Below are positions 53,586-64,000 of a DNA stretch of 64,000 nucleotides, piece after piece. This DNA is from a virus. The notes under the pieces were generated by a model, which was given only the letters and a program-made list of their open reading frames with translations, did no database searches and was not told the DNA's origin. The stretch spans positions 7,406-71,405 of IMG/VR virus record IMGVR_UViG_3300009181_000063; one strand, 5' to 3'. Made by a program: the position numbers and the translations under genes. Position 1 is the stretch's first letter; the number at the start of each line of letters is the position of its first letter.

Positions 53586-55102
53586 GCTAGGCGACCCCAG
53601 TATCCGTTAGATGTGTTAGTTAGAGGAGTGGCTGTAGCCAGAAGATCTGATTGACCGTCTAGGTAACCACGCATAATTGGGCTAAGTACGTTGAGGGGTG
53701 TGGCTGGGTAACCAAACGCTAGGAAACCAGTTCCCGGAGTAGTAGCCACTACCAGTACCGCAAAACCATAACGAGTACCAGCCGTTAAGGTAACTGAATT
53801 TCCCAGACTTCGGGTGTAAACAGTGTTACGAGTTGAGAATATCGTAGAGTCATTAGCGGTGTTAGCAAGTCTAGTTGCTGTTGTTTCGTTAAATGAGTAG
53901 ATACCCATCTTTACAAGAGTTGCTCCAGTAGTTGCTGTACCAGCAGATGCCACCGTTACGTTGGTTACTGTTGTTGTAAACATAGGCGTAAAGAATGTCC
54001 AGTAGATAGTTCCACTTTCAAATGTTGCCGAACGGTTATCCCAGCGAGGGGATACGTCAACGTAAGTTGACTGTAAGTCAAAACGAGCAAGAACTTGTTC
54101 TGCAAGAGCCACAGTACCGTTAGCATTTGGAAGCGTAATTGTTCTGTCAGCAGTTGGGTCCGTTACCTGAAGAGTAGTTTCAAACGCGTCAGCGGTAGTT
54201 CCTTCAAAAACAATGTTTGATCCCACCATTGGATCTGTAAGAGTAAGACCAGCAATAGTTGATGCGGTTCCACCAAGTGAAACTGAAGTGCTACCAATGG
54301 TTACAGAGGAGTTTGCTAACTTAACGTTAGTTACATTAGCGTCTACAATCTTGGCTGTTGTAACAGATAAGTCTGCAGGGGTTCTAACGTTAGTAAGGCG
54401 GGTATCAGTTCCATAAACTACCTGTGAGGTAGACGCATCTCCAGTTGCTGGCACGTCTTTTACAGAGGATGTGCCAAGACCAGTTACCTGGGTGTTTGCA
54501 ATTGAAATAAGAGTTTGGTTGATACCAATATTTGCAGCAGTTGAGGTGCCGCTATTTGTAATTGGTCCAGTTACTGAGATGACTCCAGAAGGGCCTGTAA
54601 CGGTGCTGTTAGCACCAGTTGCACCAGTTGCACCAGTTGGCCCTGTAGCGCCAGTTGGGCCTGTAACGGTGCTGTTAGCACCAGTTGCACCAGTTGCACC
54701 AGTCGGACCAGTTGGACCTGTAGGTCCTGTCGGTCCAGTTACCGTGCTTGCTGCACCTGTTGATCCTGTCGGACCAGTAGGACCTGTTGGACCTGTAGGT
54801 CCTGTCGGTCCAGTAGCACCAATAGGTAAAACTAAATTTAATGTTTGTGTTGGTGCTGTTCCAGAAACAGAAGCACCTGCGCTTGCACCACTTGATACAG
54901 AACCAATGCTTAATGAGTTAGGTGCACCCGTTGGACCTGTTGGGCCAGAAGAATAAGGAAGAGAGTTCCAGACTGTAGCGCCAGTACCTACTTTAAACTT
55001 TCCAGTGTCGTACTCGTAACCTACTTCACCTTGTGAAAGGGTAGGGTTGGTGCTCGTCCATGTAGCAGCAGAGTCACGTCTAAATTGAACACGAACAGCC
55101 AT
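53582..55102 (-). CDS. Collagen-like tail fibre protein
   Basis: VQFRRD.AA.W...NP.L..GE.GYE.DT.KFKVG.G N-terminal domain; (GPT)n/(GAT)n repeats. Confidence 0.88.
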   Translation of the reverse strand: MAVRVQFRRDSAATWTSTNPTLSQGEVGYEYDTGKFKVGTGATVWNSLPYSSGPTGPTGAPNSLSIGSVSSGASAGASVSGTAPTQTLNLVLPIGATGPTGPTGPTGPTGPTGSTGAASTVTGPTGPTGPTGPTGATGATGANSTVTGPTGATGPTGATGATGANSTVTGPSGVISVTGPITNSGTSTAANIGINQTLISIANTQVTGLGTSSVKDVPATGDASTSQVVYGTDTRLTNVRTPADLSVTTAKIVDANVTNVKLANSSVTIGSTSVSLGGTASTIAGLTLTDPMVGSNIVFEGTTADAFETTLQVTDPTADRTITLPNANGTVALAEQVLARFDLQSTYVDVSPRWDNRSATFESGTIYWTFFTPMFTTTVTNVTVASAGTATTGATLVKMGIYSFNETTATRLANTANDSTIFSTRNTVYTRSLGNSVTLTAGTRYGFAVLVVATTPGTGFLAFGYPATPLNVLSPIMRGYLDGQSDLLATATPLTNTSNGYWGRLA

Positions 55103-55111
55103 TAGATCTCC

Positions 55112-55474
55112 TTAAGCTCCGGCAGCAAATCCACAGTCAATGATAGATGAACCACCATAGATTGTTGTAGCTGTACCGCCATCTACATTTTGAAACACAG
55201 GTCCTGTTGGTCCGGTTTCTCCGATTAATCCTGTTGGACCAGTAACTCCTTGTGCACCAGTTGGGCCCGTAGGTCCAGTAGGTCCAGTTGGACCAGTGGG
55301 TCCTGTTACTGAAGGACCAGTTGGGCCCGTAACTCCGGGACCAGTTGGACCAGTAGGACCGACAGGTCCTTGGGCAACACTAATTCTCCATACTGCGCCA
55401 TCCCAATACCACAGCTGATCTCCAGCCGAAAACAGCTGGTTTACGGCAGGGGAGTTGGGAAAGTCGATTGGCAT
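55112..55474 (-). CDS. Collagen-like virion protein
   Basis: IDFPNSP...WYWDG.VW then (GPT)n. Confidence 0.85.
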   Translation of the reverse strand: MPIDFPNSPAVNQLFSAGDQLWYWDGAVWRISVAQGPVGPTGPTGPGVTGPTGPSVTGPTGPTGPTGPTGPTGAQGVTGPTGLIGETGPTGPVFQNVDGGTATTIYGGSSIIDCGFAAGA

Positions 55475-55525
55475 ACTAGATATTGTAATGCCTTACTCTT
55501 AAAATATACTGCTAAGATAAGACTT

Positions 55526-55696
55526 GTGAGACAGGGACGGGATATACCTACAACAGAACATCCCACATCCTTGACCATATATACGAGATGCCCAGAGAAA
55601 TGGGTATTGGTAGACACCGAAACGGGTCAAGTTTACAAAGGTAACCAAGGTGGTTATTGGGATAGGCTAGATCTAATTACTAAGGGGGAACATTAA
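55526..55696 (+). CDS. Small hypothetical protein
   Basis: Track ORF 55370-55696; likely GTG 55526 after TAAGAT; CPEKWVLVDTETGQVY. Confidence 0.6.
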   Translation: MRQGRDIPTTEHPTSLTIYTRCPEKWVLVDTETGQVYKGNQGGYWDRLDLITKGEH

Positions 55697-56320
55697 ATGG
55701 CTGAACAAATAAACGGATTTTTTCCAGGAGAGCTTTTACCAACAACTACCGTAGGTGGGTGTATTGATATTTTTGAGGGTGCTTGGCCTAATCCAAAAGA
55801 AACAATTGAAGCTATGGATTTTGCCTGTTCCTCTCTAGACTCAGGCGCAAGATGGGTAAGGGCAAAAACGGTTGGTAACCGGGGCTCAGAAAAAAGAACA
55901 AATAACTTCCTTAGTGTTACAGAAGAAGCTATGAGAGACAGTGCAATTTTTCAAAATATTCATAATCAAATGAACATGTTGTTACTTGCCACAACAATTC
56001 CTTACGCAAAAAAACACGATATTGAGGCTTTATATCACGAGGGCTATCAGGCTTTAAAGTACTCCGGGGGGCAAGAGTACAAAGCACACGCAGATGGCAC
56101 TACCGCTATGGGTAGGGCTGTTTCAGCAATTGTTTACTTAAATGATAACTACAGTGGTGGAGAAGTTGAGTTTGTAAATTTTGGGCTTAAAATTAAACCT
56201 AAACCTGGAATGTTACTTCTTTTTCCGTCTACGTATCCTTATACGCACATAGCCCATCCAGTAACCGAAGGACTTAAATATGCGTTAGTTACTTGGATCC
56301 ATGATCGGCCATTAGATTGA
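55697..56320 (+). CDS. 2OG-Fe(II) oxygenase (prolyl-4-hydroxylase-like)
   Basis: HAD, VYLNDNYSGGE, LFPS...HIAHPV..G.KY. Confidence 0.92.
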   Translation: MAEQINGFFPGELLPTTTVGGCIDIFEGAWPNPKETIEAMDFACSSLDSGARWVRAKTVGNRGSEKRTNNFLSVTEEAMRDSAIFQNIHNQMNMLLLATTIPYAKKHDIEALYHEGYQALKYSGGQEYKAHADGTTAMGRAVSAIVYLNDNYSGGEVEFVNFGLKIKPKPGMLLLFPSTYPYTHIAHPVTEGLKYALVTWIHDRPLD

Positions 56321-57048
56321 TAAATAGCAAAAAAATTAAATTTATTGCTAACGCCGAATTAACGTACACTACAGAAGACCCTCCCGTACCCGCCAGGTCT
56401 ACTATTCCCCAATGGTATAAAAATATTCCTTTGGAACGAGAAGAAGCTTTAAAGAATGATAAAAAACCTTTTACTGTTAAAGCTTGCATACCTTTTATGG
56501 ATGTTATGGTTTCTGGGTATATGTTGTGTATGCCACAAGATTTAGAGTTTAGATTTGTAGACGGTCAACGTAGGGTTTTTTGGGGGTATATAAAACACAC
56601 AAAACATCCGCATGAAGATAATGAACCCGTATGTAACCCCGAACCTTTTTATAGAACAGATGGGATTGTATTGCCAAATGAATACGAAAATCAATTTTGG
56701 AGAATCCCTATGTACCCCCGTGTAGAAACTCCTTCCGGGTACAGTTTACTAATCTCCCATCCGTTTAATAGGTACGATTTACCCTTTATTAGCTTGTCTG
56801 GGATTATTGATACTGACACGTATAATGGAGTTTTAGTCGCTACAATTGCCGTAAGAAAAGATTTTGTTGGCGTAATAAAAAAAGGAACACCAGTGGCTCA
56901 GATACTACCTTTTAAGCGTGATAGTTGGAAAAGCGAAATCTTGCCTCCATATAGTGCAGAGATTACAGATAAAAAACTTTTTAACTTAAAATCTACGCTT
57001 AAAAAATCTTATCAATTAAACTATTGGAGTAAAAAAACATATGAATAG
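56317..57048 (+). CDS. Conserved phage hypothetical (dUTPase-like beta-clip pattern)
   Basis: TVKAC.PF.D....GY, TPSGYS, SGIIDTD, IKKGTP.AQILPFKR. Confidence 0.75.
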   Translation: MINSKKIKFIANAELTYTTEDPPVPARSTIPQWYKNIPLEREEALKNDKKPFTVKACIPFMDVMVSGYMLCMPQDLEFRFVDGQRRVFWGYIKHTKHPHEDNEPVCNPEPFYRTDGIVLPNEYENQFWRIPMYPRVETPSGYSLLISHPFNRYDLPFISLSGIIDTDTYNGVLVATIAVRKDFVGVIKKGTPVAQILPFKRDSWKSEILPPYSAEITDKKLFNLKSTLKKSYQLNYWSKKTYE

Positions 57049-57319
57049 CGGGTGGGTTACAGCACTTAAAAAGTTTCGTAAAAAAGAGTACTGGAATAGG
57101 GCAAATACTGTAGAGTTTTTTGCCTTTATGGTAAAACTAGCCATTATTTTTCCAGGATTGATTTTTGGTAAGCAGTGGTGGTGGCTCTATATATTTGCCC
57201 TTATTTCAAGCCTATCTTTAATTTGGTCGTCTACAGTTAAGACCTTGCCTACTATTATCTTGTTTAATATAGGCTGGTCGGTACTAGCTTTTACGGCAAT
57301 ATTAAAGTATTGGCTTTAA
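57041..57319 (+). CDS. Small membrane protein
   Basis: Three hydrophobic segments. Confidence 0.7.
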   Translation: MNSGWVTALKKFRKKEYWNRANTVEFFAFMVKLAIIFPGLIFGKQWWWLYIFALISSLSLIWSSTVKTLPTIILFNIGWSVLAFTAILKYWL

Positions 57320-57713
57320 GTTCTGGTTCTTGATACAACCACATTTCAGACTCATCTACCCAAATTTTGTTTCTAACCAAGTCCATACCTAGTTCTTTTG
57401 CTCGTAGATACGCTTTTTCTCCAGCATTTGGGCCGTAAAAAGTTTCTAAAGCGTTATTTTTTATTGCAAAATGGTAATGGGTTATTAGATAAAACTCAGC
57501 GTAGGGTGACCAAGAGGCATACAAAGCCAGTCCCCCACCCATATAAAAAATTTGTTCCCAAATGTCTACTTTTTCAATAGTTAACTCTTCTTTATAGTCC
57601 CAATTACCTTTAGGTGGAAGAACTAACGTGTCAGAATCCATCCAGTTATCGTCCCATAGCTCATCTTCCCATGGGGTAGTTAGTATGTTATGTGTCGTTT
57701 TAAATATAGGCAT
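57291..57713 (-). CDS. Hypothetical protein
   Basis: 140-aa ORF with leaderless promoter. Confidence 0.7.
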   Translation of the reverse strand: MPIFKTTHNILTTPWEDELWDDNWMDSDTLVLPPKGNWDYKEELTIEKVDIWEQIFYMGGGLALYASWSPYAEFYLITHYHFAIKNNALETFYGPNAGEKAYLRAKELGMDLVRNKIWVDESEMWLYQEPELKANTLILP

Positions 57714-57769
57714 GAACTAATGATACACTTACGGAGTAGATGTACACACATTAAATTAAAGGGATTAGC

Positions 57770-59353
57770 GTGAACGTAGATAAAATTACGGTTGTGGGCG
57801 GGGGATCTGCTGGTTGGATGACAGCAGCTATGTTGATTAAAGCTTTTCCTAATAAAACCATATGCCTTATTGAAAGCCCTACCATATCTACGGTAGGTGT
57901 TGGAGAAAGTACTCTTGGCGGTATAAACGACTACGTAAGGTACCTAGGTATTGATGAAAAAGAGTTTCTTAAATTTACAGATGGTTCGTATAAATTAAGT
58001 ATTAAATTTACTGATTTTTATGAAAAAGACGCGGGTTCTTTTCACTACCCGTTTGGAAGACCTTTTTTTGATCAAACTACTAAAACTGTAAACGACTGGT
58101 TAATTAAAAAGGGTGCGTATCCAGATACACCAGTTGAAGACTTTGTAAAGTGTTATTTTCCAATATCAGCATTATATGAAAAAAATAAGTTTGCTTTAAA
58201 CACTTACGGGATTTACGATAATTATGATGATGTATACGACGTTGCTTATCACTTTGATGCTACAAAGTTTGGTTTATGGCTTAAAGAGCATTATTGTTTG
58301 CCACGTGGAGTTGAGCATATTATTGCAGATGTTACTGAGGTAAAGGTTAACGAAGATGGCGTTGAGTGCTTAGTGTTAAGTACCGATTTAAAACATTATT
58401 CTGATTTGTATGTTGATTGCACCGGATTTAAAAGTTTATTACTTGGTCAAGCTTTAAACGAACCTTTTACGTCTTACAACGATATGTTGCCTAATAACCA
58501 TGCTTGGGCTACTCAAATGCCTTACATTAACAAAGAAGAAGAGCTTGAGCCGTTTACTAATTCAACCGCAATAGACAATGGTTGGGTTTGGAACATACCC
58601 TCATGGTCTCGCATAGGTACTGGATATGTCTATAGTGATAAATTTATTTCTTCAGAGGACGCTTTAGAGCAATTTAAAAACCACTTATGCTCAAGTAAGA
58701 TGATGTACCCAAGATCTCGAGAAGAGGTAGACGCCCTAACGTTTAAAAATATTCCTATGCGTGTAGGCATTCACGAAAGAACTTGGGTTAAAAATGTTGT
58801 AGCAATTGGGCTATCAGCTGGATTTATTGAACCATTAGAAAGTAACGGTTTATTTTCTGTACATGAATTTTTGTTTAAGCTTGTAAAGACGCTTCTTCGT
58901 GGAAAAGTTACTCAATGGGATATTGACGTATACACTACTTCAACTAAAGGTATATTTAACAACTTTGCAGAGTTTGTTGCGTTGCACTACGCTTTAAGCG
59001 TGCGTGATGACACTCCTTATTGGAAAGCTAATAACGAGCGTGTATACTCTCCAAAAATGATTAAGGGAGAGGCTATTACAAGTGTAGGGTTTTTCCAACT
59101 ACAGAATAACAAAATGTTTAACTTTAACGTTATAGGAAACGCAGGCATTAACTATATATCTGTAGGTATGAACTATTTTATCTCAGACATTATTGATCAA
59201 ACTCTTGATCAAAACCATTTAAGAATTGATTACAAAGGCGTAATGCAACCTATATTTAATCATTTTGAGGCAAGAAAAGAACGTTGGAATAAAGCCGCAG
59301 AACAAGAACTAAGTTTATATGAATATTTAAAGAAAAATATTTATACGGGATAG
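57770..59353 (+). CDS. Tryptophan-halogenase-family flavoprotein
   Basis: GGGSAGW, GVGEST, DCTGF, GWVWNIP (WxWxIP), FIEPLES. Confidence 0.92.
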   Translation: MNVDKITVVGGGSAGWMTAAMLIKAFPNKTICLIESPTISTVGVGESTLGGINDYVRYLGIDEKEFLKFTDGSYKLSIKFTDFYEKDAGSFHYPFGRPFFDQTTKTVNDWLIKKGAYPDTPVEDFVKCYFPISALYEKNKFALNTYGIYDNYDDVYDVAYHFDATKFGLWLKEHYCLPRGVEHIIADVTEVKVNEDGVECLVLSTDLKHYSDLYVDCTGFKSLLLGQALNEPFTSYNDMLPNNHAWATQMPYINKEEELEPFTNSTAIDNGWVWNIPSWSRIGTGYVYSDKFISSEDALEQFKNHLCSSKMMYPRSREEVDALTFKNIPMRVGIHERTWVKNVVAIGLSAGFIEPLESNGLFSVHEFLFKLVKTLLRGKVTQWDIDVYTTSTKGIFNNFAEFVALHYALSVRDDTPYWKANNERVYSPKMIKGEAITSVGFFQLQNNKMFNFNVIGNAGINYISVGMNYFISDIIDQTLDQNHLRIDYKGVMQPIFNHFEARKERWNKAAEQELSLYEYLKKNIYTG

Positions 59354-60255
59354 CGCAATATTACAATACCAGTTCCACCACGACCTCCTGGCCAATCAGG
59401 TGGGTGAGCTCCCGCTCCTCCGCCTCCGCCAGTTCCATCTACTCCTTGTGAACCATTGCCTGAACCAGAGTACGTAAATCCAGCTGGACTTGGTCCGCCA
59501 GATCCGCCATTTGTAGCGTGTCCTCCTCCATCTCCACCACCAGCGTATACAACAGCCGACCCAGAGATTGAACTTGAAGTTCCTAATCCGCCTCCACCAC
59601 GACTAGCATCATTACCGGTTCCACCGGCATAAGTAGTTGACCCATTTTGACCTGCTTGGCTTGCGCCACCACCACCAGCACCCATAGAGCTAGTACCAGC
59701 GTTACCTACGCTAGTTCCTCCTGGATGACCTTGTCCAGAAGTTCCAGTGCCAGGTGTATTAGGGGATGAACCAGCTCCGCCTCCACCAGAACCTAGCGGT
59801 ACTCCAGAATTGTCTGGTCTAGTAGTTAGATTGTCGTAACTTGCGCCACGACCTCCGCCATAAGCAATAATGCTATTAAAAGTAGAGTTGCCACCATTTG
59901 TCATGGTGTTACTTTCTCGTGGAGCTGCGCTACCAGCTCCGGAAGCTCCTACAGTTACTTGCCAATCATTAACTCCTAAATTAGAAGAAGTTCCAGTAAG
60001 CATTCCTCCAGCGCCACCGCCTCCACCAATACAGGTTCCGCCTCCGCCTCCGCCACCAACAATTAAGTATTCAACGGTAAGGGGTAGTCCATAGTTAGAT
60101 GTACTGAAGGTAGAATTTCCTACTGTAGTAAACGTGTGAATTCGGTAACCGCCAGCGGTTGTGATAGCTCCACCGGAGGTGTCAAAAACTCCACCGTTAC
60201 GTTTATTTCTGCCTGCGGGACCAAAATTACCCCGAACGCTTGATACAAATGGCAT
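59341..60255 (-). CDS. Glycine-rich virion protein
   Basis: YRIHTF, VGGGGGGG, GGTGIVILRY. Confidence 0.85.
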   Translation of the reverse strand: MPFVSSVRGNFGPAGRNKRNGGVFDTSGGAITTAGGYRIHTFTTVGNSTFSTSNYGLPLTVEYLIVGGGGGGGTCIGGGGGAGGMLTGTSSNLGVNDWQVTVGASGAGSAAPRESNTMTNGGNSTFNSIIAYGGGRGASYDNLTTRPDNSGVPLGSGGGGAGSSPNTPGTGTSGQGHPGGTSVGNAGTSSMGAGGGGASQAGQNGSTTYAGGTGNDASRGGGGLGTSSSISGSAVVYAGGGDGGGHATNGGSGGPSPAGFTYSGSGNGSQGVDGTGGGGGAGAHPPDWPGGRGGTGIVILRYPV

Positions 60256-60266
60256 TCGTGTTCTCC

Positions 60267-63182
60267 TTAGAAGTTAGAGTTACCTTGGGCTAGTACAGTG
60301 TAAGCAGATGCTCTACGTATAATTGTATAGCTGAATACGTCGATTTTACCATTTGATGATGTTCCAGCTGGAGTTGCGTTACCTGCCCATTTAATAGTAA
60401 CTGCGTTTCCGTTAATAGTCATGGTTGTTGGTACGTATGCAGTTGCGCCTTGAGTTACTATAACGTTAAGAGTAAATGTTCTACCGTCTGTTGTTGGGGC
60501 ATTAGTAACGGCAAGAGTTAATGCAGCTGATGGAGTGTTTGTTGTGAAGAAAATGTTACCCAAGGAGTAGTCAATAGCGAGTACGTTAGAAGAGTGTGCT
60601 ATATCTACAACGTCCTCAATCATTTCCTGAATACGAACTCCACCAGTAAAAGTTGGGGTTCCAGTAAATGATGGTGCACCAGAAAACACTGCGTTACCTG
60701 AAAATGTTGGAGCACCTGTAAATGTAGTGCTTGCCACAGATACGGTTGCGCTATCAAATACGTTTGTAGAACCGCTAAGAGTAAGGTTTTTAATAGCACT
60801 TGTTACACCAGTTGCAGTTGCTGTGATTGATCCATTATCAACCACTGTAAGTGAGTTAACTTCTGACGCACCAACTTTAACTGGACCATATACTAAACCA
60901 GCTTCTGAGAAGTTTACCGAAGTGCCCGGCTTAGTTGTAGCACCAGCAAAAGTCTTGAAAATACCGTCTGAGGCATCACGAACAACACCAGAGTAACGTC
61001 GATCACGAGTTGTTACAACAGAGCCTGCTGGGGATACCGCAGCTGAGGTAACGTTTGTTGCTTCTTTAGTGTAAGTAAATGTGGTTGCGGTAGGCGTACC
61101 GTTAATAGTAAACGTACCATTAAATGTGGAATCCACACCAGTTACAGCTACTACTTGACCCACAATGTATCCGTGAGAAGTTGATGTTGTAAGAGTTGCA
61201 ATGTTAGAGGTAAGAGACTTGTTAGATACAGCCTTAGTTGCAGGAGATGCTGCAGCAATTGTGTATTCGCCAACAATACCTAAGTCAATAACATCAGATG
61301 TGTTACCAGTACCCGCAAAGATCATAGGGGCATCAACAGCAAGGTTTGCAGTAGATACTGTAGTTCCAGAACCACCAAATGAGATGGTACCTACGATAGC
61401 TACGTTACCTGCAACGTTCATATCACCTGAAATACCGACGCCACCAACTACCTGGAATGCTCCAGTTGTTGCAGATGTAGATGGGGTAGAGATGTTAATT
61501 TTTACGTTTGCATTGGGAGTAATCTCCATTTGAGTAGAGTTAGAGTCAAGGCCACCTGCTGCAAAAATAATTTTGTTAGCATTACCTTCGCCGCCTGTTG
61601 CAAGAACAAGGTTACCGTTACCAGTGGTTCCCACAGGTGCGGTCATGAATATATAACCATCATTAGGCCCAGTAATTGTAAATTCTGGATCATTAAAGGC
61701 AGAAGAGGTGATACCCATATCAATGTAGCCAGAGAAGTCTGTTCCATTGTCTGCGTATGCTTGGAAGTCAGTAGATGAGTTTGCGCCGTTTCCAGTATTT
61801 TGGATAGCAAACTGAGCGTAATCATCATCTGCGTCTTTTGTTACAAAGCCCATAAGGTTAGTAAACCCAGTTACTGCAGAGGCAGTACCAGCAGAGGCTA
61901 CGGATGCAATGTTTGCGTTGGTTATTGCAAATCTAAATGTGGTAGCTGTAGGAACTGCAGTAATTTCCCAAGTACCGTTAAATGGGGCTGCTGCTCCAGC
62001 AATAGTTATGTATTGGAATGGGCTAAAGCCGTGCGCTGTTGTAGTTGTGATAGTAGCAACGTTAGAGGTAATTGCTCTAAAGCTAAGGTTCTTAACGTTA
62101 GTTCCGTTAGTGGTAGCCACTGTCTTAGCGGATGGACCAGAGTAAATTTTGTCGGTAACTTGTAGTTCAGAGACTGTAATATCTGATACCCAAGTAGCTT
62201 GTGTTCCATCGTTAGATAGGAACTTTCCGGTGTTTCCAGTAAAGGATGGGAAAGTACCTGCTGCTAGAAGATCCCAGTACGCACCGACTGCAGGGGCGTT
62301 ACCTGTTGTATTAAGTTTAGCAATCCAAGAAGATCCAGAGTAAGCCACAATATCGTTTTTGTTATAGGCAGTTAGAGAGTTATAAGTGCTCTTCCAAGCA
62401 ATACCCTCAATAAGCTTTGTCCAGTAAACAGTGTCTGTTGGTGCATTTGCAGTTGTATTAGCAATTGCTACGTAAACAATACCGCCGTAGTTTACTACGT
62501 CACCTTTTTGATAAGCAGTTGAGTTGCTGTATTCGCCCTCAAATTGGAAACCTTCAACAAAGATTGCCCAAGTAGCGCCAGATACCGGAGTTACTCCAGT
62601 AGCAGCAAGTAGTGCAATATAGGCGGTTCCACCAAAAGTTACAATATCATTTGGCTTATACACGGTTGAAGAGTTGTATGCGCCCTTGTATTCAACACCA
62701 TAAATTAAGATATCCCAAGTACCTGTGTTAGAGGGTAGAGTACCTGTAGTGTTAGATTTAGCAATATATACGGCTCCACCATATTTAACCACATCGCCCT
62801 TTTGATAAGCAGTGCTGCCAGAGTATGTGCCTTCGTATTGAATACCGTCAACAAATACTGACCAATAGGCTGTTGCCGTAACTGGGTTTTGAGCTGTGTT
62901 TACTGATTGAATTGCGATATAAACTTTACCGCCGTAAGAAACAATTTGACCAATTTCATATTCTTCTGCTATATCCCAAGCGCCACGGTACTCGGTACCG
63001 CTAACCATGATGGCCCAGAAGGCTGTGTTAGTTGGGAGGTTTCCTGTAGAAGCTGTGCCTAGCGTGTAAACATAGACGTTACCACCGTAGCGGACTACAT
63101 CGTTTCGTTCGTACTCAGTAGAAACGCTCCAAGCGCCTCTAAAGTCGTAGCGGAACTTACCCAAATCAAGAATTTGAGCCAT
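60267..63182 (-). CDS. Long tail fibre/structural protein with tandem carbohydrate-binding-like repeats
   Basis: About six YxGxW/Y...Y...DVVxYGG..YIA repeats; two TT..HG...FNGT domains. Confidence 0.85.
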   Translation of the reverse strand: MAQILDLGKFRYDFRGAWSVSTEYERNDVVRYGGNVYVYTLGTASTGNLPTNTAFWAIMVSGTEYRGAWDIAEEYEIGQIVSYGGKVYIAIQSVNTAQNPVTATAYWSVFVDGIQYEGTYSGSTAYQKGDVVKYGGAVYIAKSNTTGTLPSNTGTWDILIYGVEYKGAYNSSTVYKPNDIVTFGGTAYIALLAATGVTPVSGATWAIFVEGFQFEGEYSNSTAYQKGDVVNYGGIVYVAIANTTANAPTDTVYWTKLIEGIAWKSTYNSLTAYNKNDIVAYSGSSWIAKLNTTGNAPAVGAYWDLLAAGTFPSFTGNTGKFLSNDGTQATWVSDITVSELQVTDKIYSGPSAKTVATTNGTNVKNLSFRAITSNVATITTTTAHGFSPFQYITIAGAAAPFNGTWEITAVPTATTFRFAITNANIASVASAGTASAVTGFTNLMGFVTKDADDDYAQFAIQNTGNGANSSTDFQAYADNGTDFSGYIDMGITSSAFNDPEFTITGPNDGYIFMTAPVGTTGNGNLVLATGGEGNANKIIFAAGGLDSNSTQMEITPNANVKINISTPSTSATTGAFQVVGGVGISGDMNVAGNVAIVGTISFGGSGTTVSTANLAVDAPMIFAGTGNTSDVIDLGIVGEYTIAAASPATKAVSNKSLTSNIATLTTSTSHGYIVGQVVAVTGVDSTFNGTFTINGTPTATTFTYTKEATNVTSAAVSPAGSVVTTRDRRYSGVVRDASDGIFKTFAGATTKPGTSVNFSEAGLVYGPVKVGASEVNSLTVVDNGSITATATGVTSAIKNLTLSGSTNVFDSATVSVASTTFTGAPTFSGNAVFSGAPSFTGTPTFTGGVRIQEMIEDVVDIAHSSNVLAIDYSLGNIFFTTNTPSAALTLAVTNAPTTDGRTFTLNVIVTQGATAYVPTTMTINGNAVTIKWAGNATPAGTSSNGKIDVFSYTIIRRASAYTVLAQGNSNF

Positions 63183-63460
63183 TAGTAAACCTCCATAAGG
63201 ATATGTCCGTTGTTAGTAACGCTAAACCGAATTGTGTTGTTGCTCCACATCCAGTTTAGATAATCTGTTGACTTGGATGAGAAGGCATCACCTAGGGTAA
63301 TAGCACTATCTGAGCCAATAATATCAATGTAAGTCTTCCCTGTAAGTATATCTTGACGTGCTCCGTAGAAGACCTTATCGACAATATCTTCTAGATCTGA
63401 GGTGGTTAGGGTAGTTGATGTATTTCCGTCTATATTAATAAACGTAGGGGTTTGGGACAT
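63182..63460 (-). CDS. Hypothetical virion-associated protein
   Basis: 92-aa ORF coupled to the fibre gene. Confidence 0.7.
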   Translation of the reverse strand: MSQTPTFINIDGNTSTTLTTSDLEDIVDKVFYGARQDILTGKTYIDIIGSDSAITLGDAFSSKSTDYLNWMWSNNTIRFSVTNNGHILMEVY

Positions 63461-63906
63461 TACTTAACTCCTTCTGATAGCTCTATCTTAAGCTCAATAA
63501 CATCCTCAAAAGGACAAGTAGCATAGAGCTTTTCCCCAGTTTGTAGGGTTATCTCATTAGAAATTTTGTTGTACCCAATAGAGGTAGGGTTGCCGTCTTC
63601 TCCGACTCGAGTATCTCCAGATACTAGGGGCAGGACTAGGTAGGCAGTCTTTAATACGCGGGTCTTATTTACTAGGTGCTTAACAATAGATCCGCTTACA
63701 TCTCTACCTACATAGAGAGCAACAGGAAGAATCCCGGTATCAAATGCTCCGGTGTGAATAGCTAGGACAGAATTAACCCGAGTCTTAGAAGAAGCGGTAT
63801 AAATAAGGGTAGCTGTGCTAGGAACTTTATCAGTTACTAAAAAGCTAATACTTTTAGCAGGGTATTCAGTTGTAGTAGCCCCTACTGGGAAGGCGTATCC
63901 TGGCAT
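63460..63906 (-). CDS. Hypothetical virion-associated protein
   Basis: 148-aa ORF, AGGAG SD. Confidence 0.7.
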   Translation of the reverse strand: MPGYAFPVGATTTEYPAKSISFLVTDKVPSTATLIYTASSKTRVNSVLAIHTGAFDTGILPVALYVGRDVSGSIVKHLVNKTRVLKTAYLVLPLVSGDTRVGEDGNPTSIGYNKISNEITLQTGEKLYATCPFEDVIELKIELSEGVK

Positions 63907-63914
63907 TTACTCTC

Positions 63915-64000
63915 CTAAGCCGTTTGATCTAAACCTTGTAGGTAAAAGGCAACTCCGGATGGACCGGCAACCTTTATAACATCTGTTGGGTTTATACCAA
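63915..64000 (-). CDS. 3' end of hypothetical protein (truncated)
   Basis: ...INPTDVIKVAGPSGVAFYLQGLDQTA stop. Confidence 0.45.
   Translation of the reverse strand, partial: GINPTDVIKVAGPSGVAFYLQGLDQTA

Noticed and set aside
54590-55370. Nucleotide tandem repeats as a diversity-generating retroelement or non-coding array
   Set aside because: Explained by (GPT/GAT)n collagen coding; no reverse transcriptase or adenine-specific TR/VR pair found.
45674-62343. Long + strand ORFs opposite structural genes (e.g. 45674-46210, 54471-54956, 61201-61533)
   Set aside because: Antisense shadows of Gly/Ala/Thr-rich codons with no SD or recognisable motifs.

Overview
64-kb segment of a large contractile-tailed (myovirus-type) bacteriophage. 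Two WhiB genes and many leaderless TANNNT promoters point to an actinobacterial host, and the gene content resembles freshwater actinophages. Left arm (1-9.5 kb, + strand): small early-type genes, a Gp88-like protein, WhiB and a split C5 DNA methyltransferase. The first 6 kb is built from repeat-bounded expression cassettes. Each is headed by a composite element: TGTTTGTGTTG, a C-tract block (G-quadruplex motif on the - strand) with a competing hairpin, a GA tract, a CRP-type TGTGA-N6-TCACA box, a fixed-spacing -35/-10 promoter, a 5' stem-loop and a GGGCTAG start-associated motif. Short palindromes (restriction-modification-type sites) are packed into the spacers and depleted from some cassette genes. 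Right part (9.5-64 kb, mostly - strand): class II RNR; an NTase/HAD-like/TGT-like operon; HslV-like peptidase; SpoVS; recombination and replication genes (RuvC, Cas4-like nuclease, RecA, PolA, SSB, SNF2, primase, DnaB, DnaC-like, initiator); baseplate, tape measure, tube, sheath and neck genes; and a fibre region with glycosyltransferase, collagen-like fibres, 2OG-Fe(II) oxygenase and flavin halogenase. No capsid, terminase, integrase, tRNA or CRISPR array was recognised. All calls are by eye; no database searches were run.
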